Assembly: GCA_963667445.2 (NCBI GenBank)
Contig: CAXXGY010000003.1
Span: forward strand, 7,183-71,182
Direction of reading: 5' to 3'
Origin: Dehalococcoidia bacterium
GTDB lineage: Bacteria; Chloroflexota; Dehalococcoidia; Lucifugimonadales; CATOSD01
Length of the DNA stretch: 64,000 nt
Positions 1 through 7,802 of this stretch are shown piece after piece; position 1 is the first letter of the stretch; every line of letters starts with the position of its first letter. The notes beneath the pieces are model-generated. The model was not told the origin of the DNA. It saw only the letters and a list, made by a program, of their open reading frames with translations, and did no database searches. Both the position numbers and the translations under genes were made by a program.

Positions 1-1
1 A

Positions 2-568
2 AGCTGCGTCGGCCAGCACCTTGCCGGGGAAGGAGAGGGGACGCTCCCACTCCGTCTCGCGCTCCAGCTTGAAGGTCATGGGCGTGCGGTCCATCAGCCC
101 TTCGCGGTCGAATTCGCTCACCATCTCGGCGATGATGTTGTCGAACGGGCCGAGCGCGATTTCGCCTTCGTGCTTGCCTATGACCTTGCCGCGCGGGTCT
201 ATGAACATGAGCGTGGGCCACGCGCGAACGGCGTAGGTCTGCCAGATTACGAAGTCGGAGTCGTTGGCGACCGGGTGCTCTATCTCGTAGCGCAGGATGG
301 CCTTGCGCACGTTCTCGGTGTCCTTCTCGGCGGTGAACTTGGCGGAGTGGACGCCCACCACGACCAGCTCGTTCCGGTACTTCTCTTCCAGTTTCCGCAA
401 CTGCGGAAATACGTGCATACAGTTGACTCAACAGTATGTCCAGAAGTCCAGGATGACTATCTTTCCGCGCAGGTCCTCAAGCGACAGGGGCCGCTCGGTG
501 TTCAGCCAGTCCATCCCCTTCGGGAAGTCGGGGGCGTTCACTGTGCCCGCGTAGCTCTGTGTCCTCAT
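2..568 (-). CDS. Thioredoxin-like redoxin domain protein (NHLRC2-type CC[IV]NC family). The C-terminus lies beyond the window edge. In-frame TGA at 428-430 is proposed to encode selenocysteine
   Basis: ATG at 566-568 with an AGGA-type RBS about 10 nt upstream. The frame reads [138 protein letters not shown]. No further stop occurs down to position 2. The pattern is a classic thioredoxin-fold/redoxin sequence. Confidence 0.65.
392..409 (-). promoter_or_regulatory. SECIS-like stem-loop 3' of the in-frame UGA
   Basis: The coding-strand RNA is UUUCCGCAGUUGCGGAAA, a perfect 6-8 bp stem with GU at the apex. It begins 18 nt downstream of the UGA at 428-430. Confidence 0.5.
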
Positions 569-609
569 GGCAATTCCATCCTTTCGGCACGTCTGTGGCG
601 TCGTTCCGG

Positions 610-1272
610 CTACAGGCCAACCGGCCACTGCTCGCGCGAGTAGGCCATGGACCAAAACATGTGCTCGTAGCGCGAACTGGCCAGGAACGCCTCGCGCATG
701 GCCGCTCTTACGGCGGGGCCGCCCTCGGCGCCGAACCGGTCCACCAGCTCGCGCCAGGCCGCCGTGCTCTCCTCAAGGATACCAGAGGAGTAGGCCTCGA
801 CCCAATGGCCATAGACGGGATGGGGCGACGGCTGGAGCTGCTGGCCTATCTCGTGGTAGCTCCAGGGGCAGGGGAGTATGGCCGCGGCTGCCTCGCCTAC
901 GCCGCCCATGGCGGCGGCGGTGAGCATGTGGTTGACGTAGGCGAGGTTGGTGGGCGACTGGTCCGCGGCCTCGGCCTCCTCCTCGGTCACACCCAGCAGC
1001 TCGAACATGCGGGAGTGCAGGGGACGCTCCACGGGCGTGGTGACGCGCCGCGCGAGCTGGCGGATGGCCTCGGTGTCCGGGGCCTTGGACAGCGCGATAG
1101 AGACCACCCTGCCGAACCCCTCCATGTAGTGGTAGTCCTGGATCACGTAGTACCGGAAGCTCTCGACGGGCAGGGTGCCTCTCTGTATCTCCAGCAGGAA
1201 GGGGTGCTCCATGATGTCGCCCCAGATGGAAGCGGCCTCCTGCCGCAGCTCGGATGAGAAACTGGTGGCCAT
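610..1272 (-). CDS. tenA: Thiaminase II / aminopyrimidine aminohydrolase (TenA family)
   Basis: 220 aa. [49 protein letters not shown] is the canonical TenA N-terminal pattern. Confidence 0.85.
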   Translation of the reverse strand: MATSFSSELRQEAASIWGDIMEHPFLLEIQRGTLPVESFRYYVIQDYHYMEGFGRVVSIALSKAPDTEAIRQLARRVTTPVERPLHSRMFELLGVTEEEAEAADQSPTNLAYVNHMLTAAAMGGVGEAAAAILPCPWSYHEIGQQLQPSPHPVYGHWVEAYSSGILEESTAAWRELVDRFGAEGGPAVRAAMREAFLASSRYEHMFWSMAYSREQWPVGL

Positions 1273-1447
1273 TTCTTACTCCTCAGTCGCCAATTGGCAT
1301 ATTGTGATATTCGCAGGCTCGGCGGCATACCGCCATTAGAATATCCTCTGTGACTTTTGTGGGGAAACCGTCGCATAGCGCGATATGCGGATTGCGGTGT
1401 CGGCGCCCGGTCCACGCGCGAACTTGTGATTTCGGGTCGGGAATCGG

Positions 1448-1524
1448 TGGCGTCCCTGGCAGGATTCGAACCCGCGACCCGCTGCTTAGAAGGCAGCCGC
1501 TCTGTCCAACTGAGCTACAGGGAC
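1448..1524 (-). tRNA. tRNA-Arg (anticodon TCT)
   Basis: The reverse complement GTCCCTGTAGCTCAGTTGGACAGAGCGGCTGCCTTCTAAGCAGCGGGTCGCGGGTTCGAATCCTGCCAGGGACGCCA folds as a cloverleaf. The anticodon loop is CTTCTAA, the T-loop is TTCGAAT, and CCA is encoded. Confidence 0.9.
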
Positions 1525-1642
1525 AACCCGGAACAGCATAAAGTGTAGCACAAAGGCCCCCCGTGAGTTCCGATTCGAGGCGCGCTGCCGATGCGGATGG
1601 GGTAGGGCAGGATCCTCCACTCGCCATCTCGGTGCGAAACGG

Positions 1643-2134
1643 CTACGCCCGCCTCGACGTGCTGACGCGATAGACCGAGAGCCCGCCGGCCCATAGCCGC
1701 CTTACGCGGATGATTTCCACGCCGTCCAGCTCGGCCAGGGTGGTGAAGTGGCGTTGCAGCGCGTTGCCGATGGGCCGGCTCAGAAGGCCGACTCCGACCA
1801 TGGCGGCGATGGCGACCGGCAGCCGGACGATGCGGCGGCCGCGCGCCAGGATCGCCCTGGCGACGAGGCTGCCCAGCAGCGCGGCGGTGGCGATGTTGGT
1901 GCCGCAGTGCGGCGAGATAGCGAGCTCCTCGCGGCCGGCCTTGAGCGCGGCGAGCGCCTGCCGCGAGGCGGCCTGGACCTCTTCGAGTGAGGCCCGGCCG
2001 AAGATGAGGAACCCGCCGGGCGTGGAGTAGCCGCCCAGTGGGGTAGGGGAGCCGGCCCGGAGGAGCGTGGTGACGGTGGCGTGCTCCAGGGCGTGGTTTC
2101 GTCGGACGCTGTCCAGAATGTTCGATGCCAACAC
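1643..2134 (-). CDS. Hypothetical membrane-associated protein with HALEH and SPHCGTN motifs (possible metal site)
   Basis: Long ORF with protein-like composition and two hydrophobic segments. GAGGAGG RBS lies just upstream of GTG 2132-2134 / TTG 2129-2131. The ORF-track ATG at 2200 is probably too far upstream. Confidence 0.55.
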   Translation of the reverse strand: MLASNILDSVRRNHALEHATVTTLLRAGSPTPLGGYSTPGGFLIFGRASLEEVQAASRQALAALKAGREELAISPHCGTNIATAALLGSLVARAILARGRRIVRLPVAIAAMVGVGLLSRPIGNALQRHFTTLAELDGVEIIRVRRLWAGGLSVYRVSTSRRA

Positions 2135-2608
2135 TTCCTCCTCGCGCTCGGTAGGCGACGGCGGTCGTTTTGACGGCGCGCACCGCTTATCATACCCCAC
2201 CGGCGACCGGCCCGCCTAATCGCGGCGTCCGTGGCGCCTGCGGCGCTTGCATCGCCCGCCGTCGGACGTCGTGGGACCATGCGGGCGTCGAGCGGGGTAG
2301 GGGAGAGGTCGCCGGGTCGCGCCCGTCGCTGGGTCACACGCGACCCGGACCATCACTCGAAGCGGCCCCTCCGGGCCTCCATTGGCGGCAGCCTGGAGTA
2401 GGCCGCCGCGGTCATTCTAGGGCTTCATACGCTGTACATTATTAACTTACACGCTAAAACAACGTGTCATTTATAATTGTTAGCTACGGCATCGCGCTGT
2501 CCGGGCCGAGAACCGATGCCTGGGCCACCCGCGGGGCCGGTGACCTCTGGGCTAGCCAGACAAACTCTGACAGTCTTAGAATTGCGTCAGAAATGTTTTG
2601 ACTAGGCA

Positions 2609-2638
2609 TTGACATTCGCTTAATGGTGGGTTTAGCAT
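2609..2638 (+). promoter_or_regulatory. Putative sigma70-type promoter for the small HTH gene
   Basis: TTGACA (2609-2614), then 17-18 nt, then TAGCAT/TTAGCA, inside a locally AT-rich 280-bp stretch of an otherwise GC-rich genome. Confidence 0.3.
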
Positions 2639-2740
2639 TAGTGCACAGTCAAGCGTGAGCGGTGTTTCAGAAGTAGATCACCGGTTGGCAGGAAGAGGGT
2701 CGATACGGCAGGGACTCTGTACAGCGTTAAGGAGGGTGAC

Positions 2741-2968
2741 GTGACGACCAAGAAGACGAAGAAGATGCTGGCAGTCGAGTCGAAGTTCGACCAGCCGCTG
2801 GAGAAGATGCTCCCGGGGATGGTGACGGAGATGGGCCTGACGGCAACCGCCGACCACCTGGGAGTGAGCAAGGCCACGCTCGGCTACTGGCTGCTCAAGC
2901 TCGGCATCAGCGTTCAGAGGATCGCGCTCGCGCCGGGGGACACCATCAAGGTGACGCGCGTGAAGTAG
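2741..2968 (+). CDS. Small helix-turn-helix protein (75 aa)
   Basis: GTG start 6 nt after AAGGAGG. The segment GLTATADHLGVSKATLGYWLLKLG looks like a classic HTH. Confidence 0.6.
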   Translation: MTTKKTKKMLAVESKFDQPLEKMLPGMVTEMGLTATADHLGVSKATLGYWLLKLGISVQRIALAPGDTIKVTRVK

Positions 2969-3024
2969 GGAGGACAGGGCTGTCAAAGGGCTGGCGCGGG
3001 CGGGATTCGCCTGAGAAAGACAAC

Positions 3025-3060
3025 GGCGCCGCACACCGGTCGAGTCCGGTATGCGGCGCC
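3025..3060. terminator. Bidirectional stem-loop between convergent genes
   Basis: GGCGCCGCA-N18-TGCGGCGCC is a 9-bp perfect stem (with an inner CCGG/CCGG pairing). It lies between the 2741-2968 gene (+) and smpB (-). Confidence 0.5.
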
Positions 3061-3088
3061 GATTTGCGTGGCGCGCGGTAACAGCGGA

Positions 3089-3544
3089 CTAGCGGCGGCT
3101 GCCGATGGCCTCCCGCGCCTCCTGCTCGCGGTAGCGGTCGATGATGGCGCGGCGCTTGTCGTGGCGCCGGCGTCCCCTCGCCAGGGCCAGCTCCACCTTG
3201 GCCAGGTGCCGCTTCAGGTAGATGCGCAGCGGCACCAGCGTGAACCCCTTTTCGGACACGTCTCTGCTCAGCCGCCGGATCTGGTCCTTGTGCAGCAGCA
3301 GCTTGCGCGTGCGCATCGGTTCGTGGTTGGCGGAGTTGCCCGCGTCGTAGGGCGAGATGTGGAGGTTGTGCAGCCAGAGCTCGCCGCCTTCCGGCCGGGC
3401 GTAGGCGTCGCCGATGTTGGCGCGGTTGGCGCGCAAGGACTTGATCTCGGTGCCGGTCAGCACGATGCCCGCCTCGACCGTGTCGAGGATGTCGTAGTCG
3501 CGCCGTGCCCTTCTGTTGGTGGTTATCGTCCTGTACTGGCTCAT
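3089..3544 (-). CDS. smpB: SsrA-binding protein SmpB
   Basis: 151 aa. NRRARRDYDILDTVEAGIVLTGTEIKSLR ... LLLHKDQIRRL is the canonical SmpB sequence. Confidence 0.92.
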   Translation of the reverse strand: MSQYRTITTNRRARRDYDILDTVEAGIVLTGTEIKSLRANRANIGDAYARPEGGELWLHNLHISPYDAGNSANHEPMRTRKLLLHKDQIRRLSRDVSEKGFTLVPLRIYLKRHLAKVELALARGRRRHDKRRAIIDRYREQEAREAIGSRR

Positions 3545-3560
3545 GGTCGGCCCCGCTGGG

Positions 3561-4868
3561 CTACTCGCCCCGTTCCTCCAGGATGGATTCCATGACCTCT
3601 CTCGCCTTCTCCAGCTGCGTGGCCTCCGCGGTCTGGCGGTCCCTGGACGTGACCTCGAAGTCCGGCGTGATGCCCTGATTCTCGATCAGGAGACCTTCCG
3701 GCGTGTACCAGCGCGCGAACGTTATTATGAGGCCTCCGCCGTTGCTGAGGCGGCGCAGTATGTTTACGCTGCCCTTGCCATAGGTAGTCGCTCCCACTAT
3801 CTGCGCCCTTCCGTGGTCCTGGAGCGCCCCGGCCAGAATCTCGGTTGCGCTGGCGCTGAATTCGTTCGTGAGGATGACCAGCGGAATCTCCGCGGCTATA
3901 CCGCCAGGCTGCACGTGGAAGTTGGTGCGCTTGCCGCTGGAGTCTATCTCGTAGGTTACCAGCGCGCCATCGGGGAGCCGGTTGGAGTCCAGGAACAGGT
4001 TGACCACGTCGATTACGGAGCTGAGCAGGCCGCCGGGATTGTCCCGCAAGTCGAGTATGACGCCCTTAGCGCCGCTGGACATAACTTGGAGCAGCATGGC
4101 GCCGAGGTCGTCGGACGTGTCCGCGAAGAACTCCGTGACCCTGATGTGGGCTATCCTGTCGCCCGGCTCGCTGCGGAGCAGCACGCTTTCCAGGGGAATG
4201 ATGCCCCTGATTATCTCGATGGCGACGGGGTCGATGGCGCCCAGGTGGCGCACCAGGATGGTGACCTTGGTGCCGCGCTGGCCCCTGATCTTGTTCACCG
4301 CGCCCATCAGGCTCATGCCCTCGACGCTGACCCCGTCGATCTCCAGGATGATGTCGCCGGGCCGGACGCCCGCGGCCTCTGCGGGGCTGCCCGCTATGGG
4401 GGCGACCACGACCAGGTTGCCGTCCAGCCTCATCGACACGCTCGCGCCGATGCCCTCGAACTCGCCTTGAAGGTCCTGGCTCTGAATGTCGAACTCTTCG
4501 GGCGCGACGTAGTGGGTGTGGGGGTCGCCCAGGGTTTCGATAACCCCCCGGATGGCCTCCTCGGTCGCCTCGGCGGGGTCCAGGTTCTCACGGTCGATGT
4601 GCTCTCGCGCGAGTAGTGCCCAGGCTTCCCAGACGGCCAGCAGCTCCTCGGGCACCTCGGAAGGCGCGTTCAATGGCTCGTCAAGCTGTACGACCTCCGG
4701 GGCGGTCGGCTGGTCGCTCCCGGAGGTCGGGGGCGCAGTAGGGGAGAGCGCCGGCTCGGGAGTGGCCGTAGCATCGCCGCCGCACGCCACGAGGATGGCC
4801 AACGCCCAGGCGACGGCGACTGCGGCCGCCCAACGGAGCCCTTGCGGTCTGTGGTTCAAGTCATTCAC
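3561..4868 (-). CDS. ctpA: Carboxy-terminal processing peptidase, family S41, lipoprotein-type signal
   Basis: 435 aa. Signal with LVAC lipobox, PDZ segment (GSPAEAAGVRPGDIILEIDG), and S41 core (DLRDNPGG ... TYGKGSV). Confidence 0.88.
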   Translation of the reverse strand: MNDLNHRPQGLRWAAAVAVAWALAILVACGGDATATPEPALSPTAPPTSGSDQPTAPEVVQLDEPLNAPSEVPEELLAVWEAWALLAREHIDRENLDPAEATEEAIRGVIETLGDPHTHYVAPEEFDIQSQDLQGEFEGIGASVSMRLDGNLVVVAPIAGSPAEAAGVRPGDIILEIDGVSVEGMSLMGAVNKIRGQRGTKVTILVRHLGAIDPVAIEIIRGIIPLESVLLRSEPGDRIAHIRVTEFFADTSDDLGAMLLQVMSSGAKGVILDLRDNPGGLLSSVIDVVNLFLDSNRLPDGALVTYEIDSSGKRTNFHVQPGGIAAEIPLVILTNEFSASATEILAGALQDHGRAQIVGATTYGKGSVNILRRLSNGGGLIITFARWYTPEGLLIENQGITPDFEVTSRDRQTAEATQLEKAREVMESILEERGE

Positions 4869-4962
4869 CTGCGAAAAGGTTGTTCAGTACATCATAGCAC
4901 GGCGGCGGCATACCGGGCATTTGGGCCAGCGCGAGAGCGCCGGCGGCGAGCGTGAGGCCGGC

Positions 4963-5220
4963 TGAAATGTGGGCGTGCGCCGTCGGGCGCGCGCCATAGA
5001 CATATCAACCGTCGGGAGCTTTCCCGACGCTTCAGCGCGTGACTTCGACTTCCTGACGTCCGAACCGGCGACGCCGACCCGATTTCTGCGCCTGCAATAC
5101 GGCATAGACAATTGAAGCGAGTCTGAAATAGCTTTACTTGCGGCCTGGCGTCTGCTACTATTTCTGAAATCTGAAATATGTGAAATATGGCTGAAATACT
5201 GCTCGCAGCGTGCGTGAAAT
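4963..5220 (+). repeat. Array of seven (C)TGAAAT(A) heptamer motifs upstream of and overlapping the start of the TIR-like gene
   Basis: TGAAAT at 4963, 5124, 5165, 5172, 5181, 5192 and 5215. Four copies sit within 33 bp (5165-5197) at 7-11 bp spacing. Confidence 0.6.
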
Positions 5221-6307
5221 GACACAGAGAACGTCCGGCAGAGAGGCCCCAGGCCCCAGGCGCAAACGGCTGCTCATAAGGCGTCCGTACCCGACCCACA
5301 GCCTCCAGGACACACTGGCCGCGGCGGAGGCCATACGCGCGGCGAACGGAGGCCAGCCGCTGGCCCCCGACCGGCTCGCGGCGGCTATGGGCACCACGCG
5401 GGGCAGCAGCGCGTTCCGGATGAAGCTGACGTCGTCCGTGAAGTACGGGCTGACCGAGGGTGGCGTGAACGACGAAGTTATCAGCCTGACGCCGCTGGGC
5501 GAGGCCGCGGTCTCTCCCAGGTCCGATGGGGAACGCCGGGGCGCGCTGCTGGATGCCGCCTGCAACCCGGACGTGTTCAGTGGGTTCTACGAGGGTCTGG
5601 ACGGCCAGCCCCTTCCCAGGGACGACTACTCCCGCAACGTGCTGGAGCGGGAGTGGGGCATCGACCCCTCGATTTCCGCGGAGTGCATAGAGCTAATCAG
5701 GACGAATGGCCAGTTCGTCGGTATCCTGACCGCGGACTCGTCGGGCGCCCTCAGCGTGGATCTGAGCGGGGCCGCGGCGGCGGCAACTGAGCCTCAGGCC
5801 GCTGTCGAAGCGCCGGCGCCCGCCGGCAGGGAAGGGGAGTCCCCGGCCGCGCTCGGAATGACAGGAGTGGAGCCGGAGCGGGAGGCCGAGCCGTCGCCTC
5901 CCGGAAGGGTGTACTTGGGCTACCAGGTAGAAACCGAGGTCGTGGAGTTCGTCAAGGACCTTCTACAGGAGTTCGGCATTCCCTATAGCTCGGTCGACGA
6001 GGAGCCGGACAGCACGCAGCCGGTGTCGCCGAGGGTCTCGGAGGCCATGAAGTCCTGCAACTCCGCCATACTGGTGTTGACGACGAGTCCACCCGGACAG
6101 GGACCGGACCGGATGATGTTCCACGTCGGCGCCGCGTCCGCCCTCTACAGCAAGAAGGTCGTGGTGCTGTGCGAAAACGATACGCAGGCCTACAGCCCGT
6201 TCGCGGGTCTCGAGACCATCGACTACAGCCGGGACCGCCCCGAGGACGTTGGGCTGGCGCTGCTGATGTCGCTGAGGGACGCGGGGATCATAAGGGTGGT
6301 CACGTAG
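5210..6307 (+). CDS. Two-domain protein: N-terminal helical/winged-helix-like domain, low-complexity linker, C-terminal TIR-like (CAP12/DUF1863-like) flavodoxin-fold domain
   Basis: 365 aa (alternative ATG at 5219). The C-terminal 130 aa (RVYLGYQVETEVVEFVKDLLQEFGIPYSSVDEE ... SAILVLTTSP ... MFHVGAASALYSKKVVVLCENDTQAYSPFAGLETIDY ... LRDAGIIRV) follow the strand-helix pattern of bacterial TIR-like nucleotide-binding domains. Confidence 0.5.
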   Translation: MREMTQRTSGREAPGPRRKRLLIRRPYPTHSLQDTLAAAEAIRAANGGQPLAPDRLAAAMGTTRGSSAFRMKLTSSVKYGLTEGGVNDEVISLTPLGEAAVSPRSDGERRGALLDAACNPDVFSGFYEGLDGQPLPRDDYSRNVLEREWGIDPSISAECIELIRTNGQFVGILTADSSGALSVDLSGAAAAATEPQAAVEAPAPAGREGESPAALGMTGVEPEREAEPSPPGRVYLGYQVETEVVEFVKDLLQEFGIPYSSVDEEPDSTQPVSPRVSEAMKSCNSAILVLTTSPPGQGPDRMMFHVGAASALYSKKVVVLCENDTQAYSPFAGLETIDYSRDRPEDVGLALLMSLRDAGIIRVVT

Positions 6308-6321
6308 CCGGTGAGGGCGCG

Positions 6322-7650
6322 CTACTGGCGGCGCAGGGTCGGCAGAAACAGCAGCCCGAACACCGCCAGCATCACGAGGACGGCCCCGTTCGCACCGAGC
6401 GCGAAGGCGATGGAAGTCGAAGAGGCGAGCGCGCCTATCTGCAGGCTTCCAAGCGGCCCCGTGCCTGTCGCCACAACCCACGCACCCGCCGCGCGGCCCC
6501 TCAGCTCGGACGGCACGATGGTCAGCATCATGCTCTGCGAGTACACGTCCAGCAGCGACGCCATGCCGCACACCACGACTATGGCGCCCAGCGCGAGCCA
6601 GAAGTTGCCGATAAACGCCAGCAGCACCACGCCGAGGCCGAACACGAGAATGGTGGCCATGTAGCTCAGACCCCGGCGGCTCTGTACTCCTATGGCGGCC
6701 AACGCCACAACCGCGAGAACTCCTCCCAGCGAACGCGCGGCGCTCATGTAGCCCAGCTCCTGGGCGCCGACGCCCAGCACGTCCCGCGCGAGGCTGGGAT
6801 ACAGTGAGAAGTGGGAGAACCCCGCGAATTCTATGATCATGCTTGTGGTCGCGAGCGTCAGCAGCAGCCGGTTGCGCCGCAGCTCCGTGCCGAGGCGGGC
6901 CACGTTGCCCACCACCTCGCCAAGCACGCCGGCGAGTCCGGCTGCCCTCGTGTGGTTGGGCCTGCCGACGCTGGCATCGGCGTCCTCGGCGCGATGCACG
7001 CCGCGGGTGAATGCGAGTACACCCGCCGTTGCAAGGTAGGTTGAGGCCATTGTGAAGTAGGCGTAGTCCGCGCCAAGGCGCTCCAGCACGATTCCCAGCA
7101 GAAACGAGCCAACGAAGCCGCCGCCCCTGGTTCCGATGTTCAGGAAGGCGAGGCCGTTCAGCAGATTCGGAAGGCCCACGACGTCCGAAACATAGCTCTG
7201 TTGCAGCGTCATCTTCAGCGGCGGCATCGAGCCGCCGACCGCCGCCAGGACGAACAGGTGCCACGGCTCGAGCAGCTCGAAGTGGTACAGTGCGCCCGTG
7301 ACGGCCGCCGTGGCCGCGAGCGGGCCGTTTACCAGGATCAACACCGCCCGGCGGTCCACGATGTCCGCCAGCGCGCCGGCGACCGCGCCGAAGAGGAAGG
7401 CCGGGGCCATTCGTATGCCGAGCACGGCGCCGACCATAAACGGCGAGTCGGTCAGCTCCAGCATGAGCCACCCGACAACGAGGTGCTCGCCCAGGAAACC
7501 GACGCCGTCGGAAACGCCCGCCATCGTGAGCAGCCGCATGTCGCGGTAGACCAGCGCGGGCGCGCGGACTATTCGAAAGCGGGAGAGATTCTGAGGGAGG
7601 GTCATCTGTGGAGGTAGGGTCCAACTATCGGGCACGGCCAAAATGGTCAC
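6322..7650 (-). CDS. MFS transporter
   Basis: 442 aa with about 12 hydrophobic segments and the ALADIVDRR loop motif. It is a paralogue of the 46387-47709 gene. Confidence 0.8.
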   Translation of the reverse strand: MTILAVPDSWTLPPQMTLPQNLSRFRIVRAPALVYRDMRLLTMAGVSDGVGFLGEHLVVGWLMLELTDSPFMVGAVLGIRMAPAFLFGAVAGALADIVDRRAVLILVNGPLAATAAVTGALYHFELLEPWHLFVLAAVGGSMPPLKMTLQQSYVSDVVGLPNLLNGLAFLNIGTRGGGFVGSFLLGIVLERLGADYAYFTMASTYLATAGVLAFTRGVHRAEDADASVGRPNHTRAAGLAGVLGEVVGNVARLGTELRRNRLLLTLATTSMIIEFAGFSHFSLYPSLARDVLGVGAQELGYMSAARSLGGVLAVVALAAIGVQSRRGLSYMATILVFGLGVVLLAFIGNFWLALGAIVVVCGMASLLDVYSQSMMLTIVPSELRGRAAGAWVVATGTGPLGSLQIGALASSTSIAFALGANGAVLVMLAVFGLLFLPTLRRQ

Positions 7651-7656
7651 TACACA

Positions 7657-7703
7657 TTATGTAAAGCGGGCATACGGGCTGGCCGTAGCTGTAGTTTACA
7701 TAA
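7657..7703. promoter_or_regulatory. Inverted repeat TTATGTAAA-N29-TTTACATAA upstream of the MFS gene
   Basis: Perfect 9-bp arms at 7657-7665 and 7695-7703, in an AT-rich patch immediately 5' of the MFS start at 7650. Confidence 0.3.
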
Positions 7704-7802
7704 CAATTATAGTGCGAACATCGCGCCATGGCCCCTCCGCGTCCCTTCGGACTCCCCTACCGCGTCCCTGGGCCGGTCAGGCGCGCGATCCCACGGCAGG
7801 CG

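Noticed and set aside
1273-1447. An expected TPP riboswitch upstream of tenA.
   Set aside because: I read the minus strand and could find neither the CUGAGA element nor the ACCUGAUCUGGAUAAUGCCAGCG-like pyrimidine-sensing helix. Only a small GGCGG/CCGCC hairpin is present. An Rfam scan would be needed to be certain.
2200-2740. Possible tmRNA (ssrA) next to smpB.
   Set aside because: No tRNA-like 3' end (TTCGA T-loop followed by an acceptor stem and CCA) or resume-codon/tag region is recognisable on either strand.
5963-7624. Very long ORFs antisense to or overlapping real genes (for example 5963-7624, 7777-9933, 22117-23691, 39066-41039, 53013-54599, 56228-57628). They are Arg/Gly/Pro/Ala-rich.
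   Set aside because: This is a typical high-GC artefact. The composition is non-protein-like (poly-R/G/P), and each overlaps a gene with clear family motifs on the other strand or frame.
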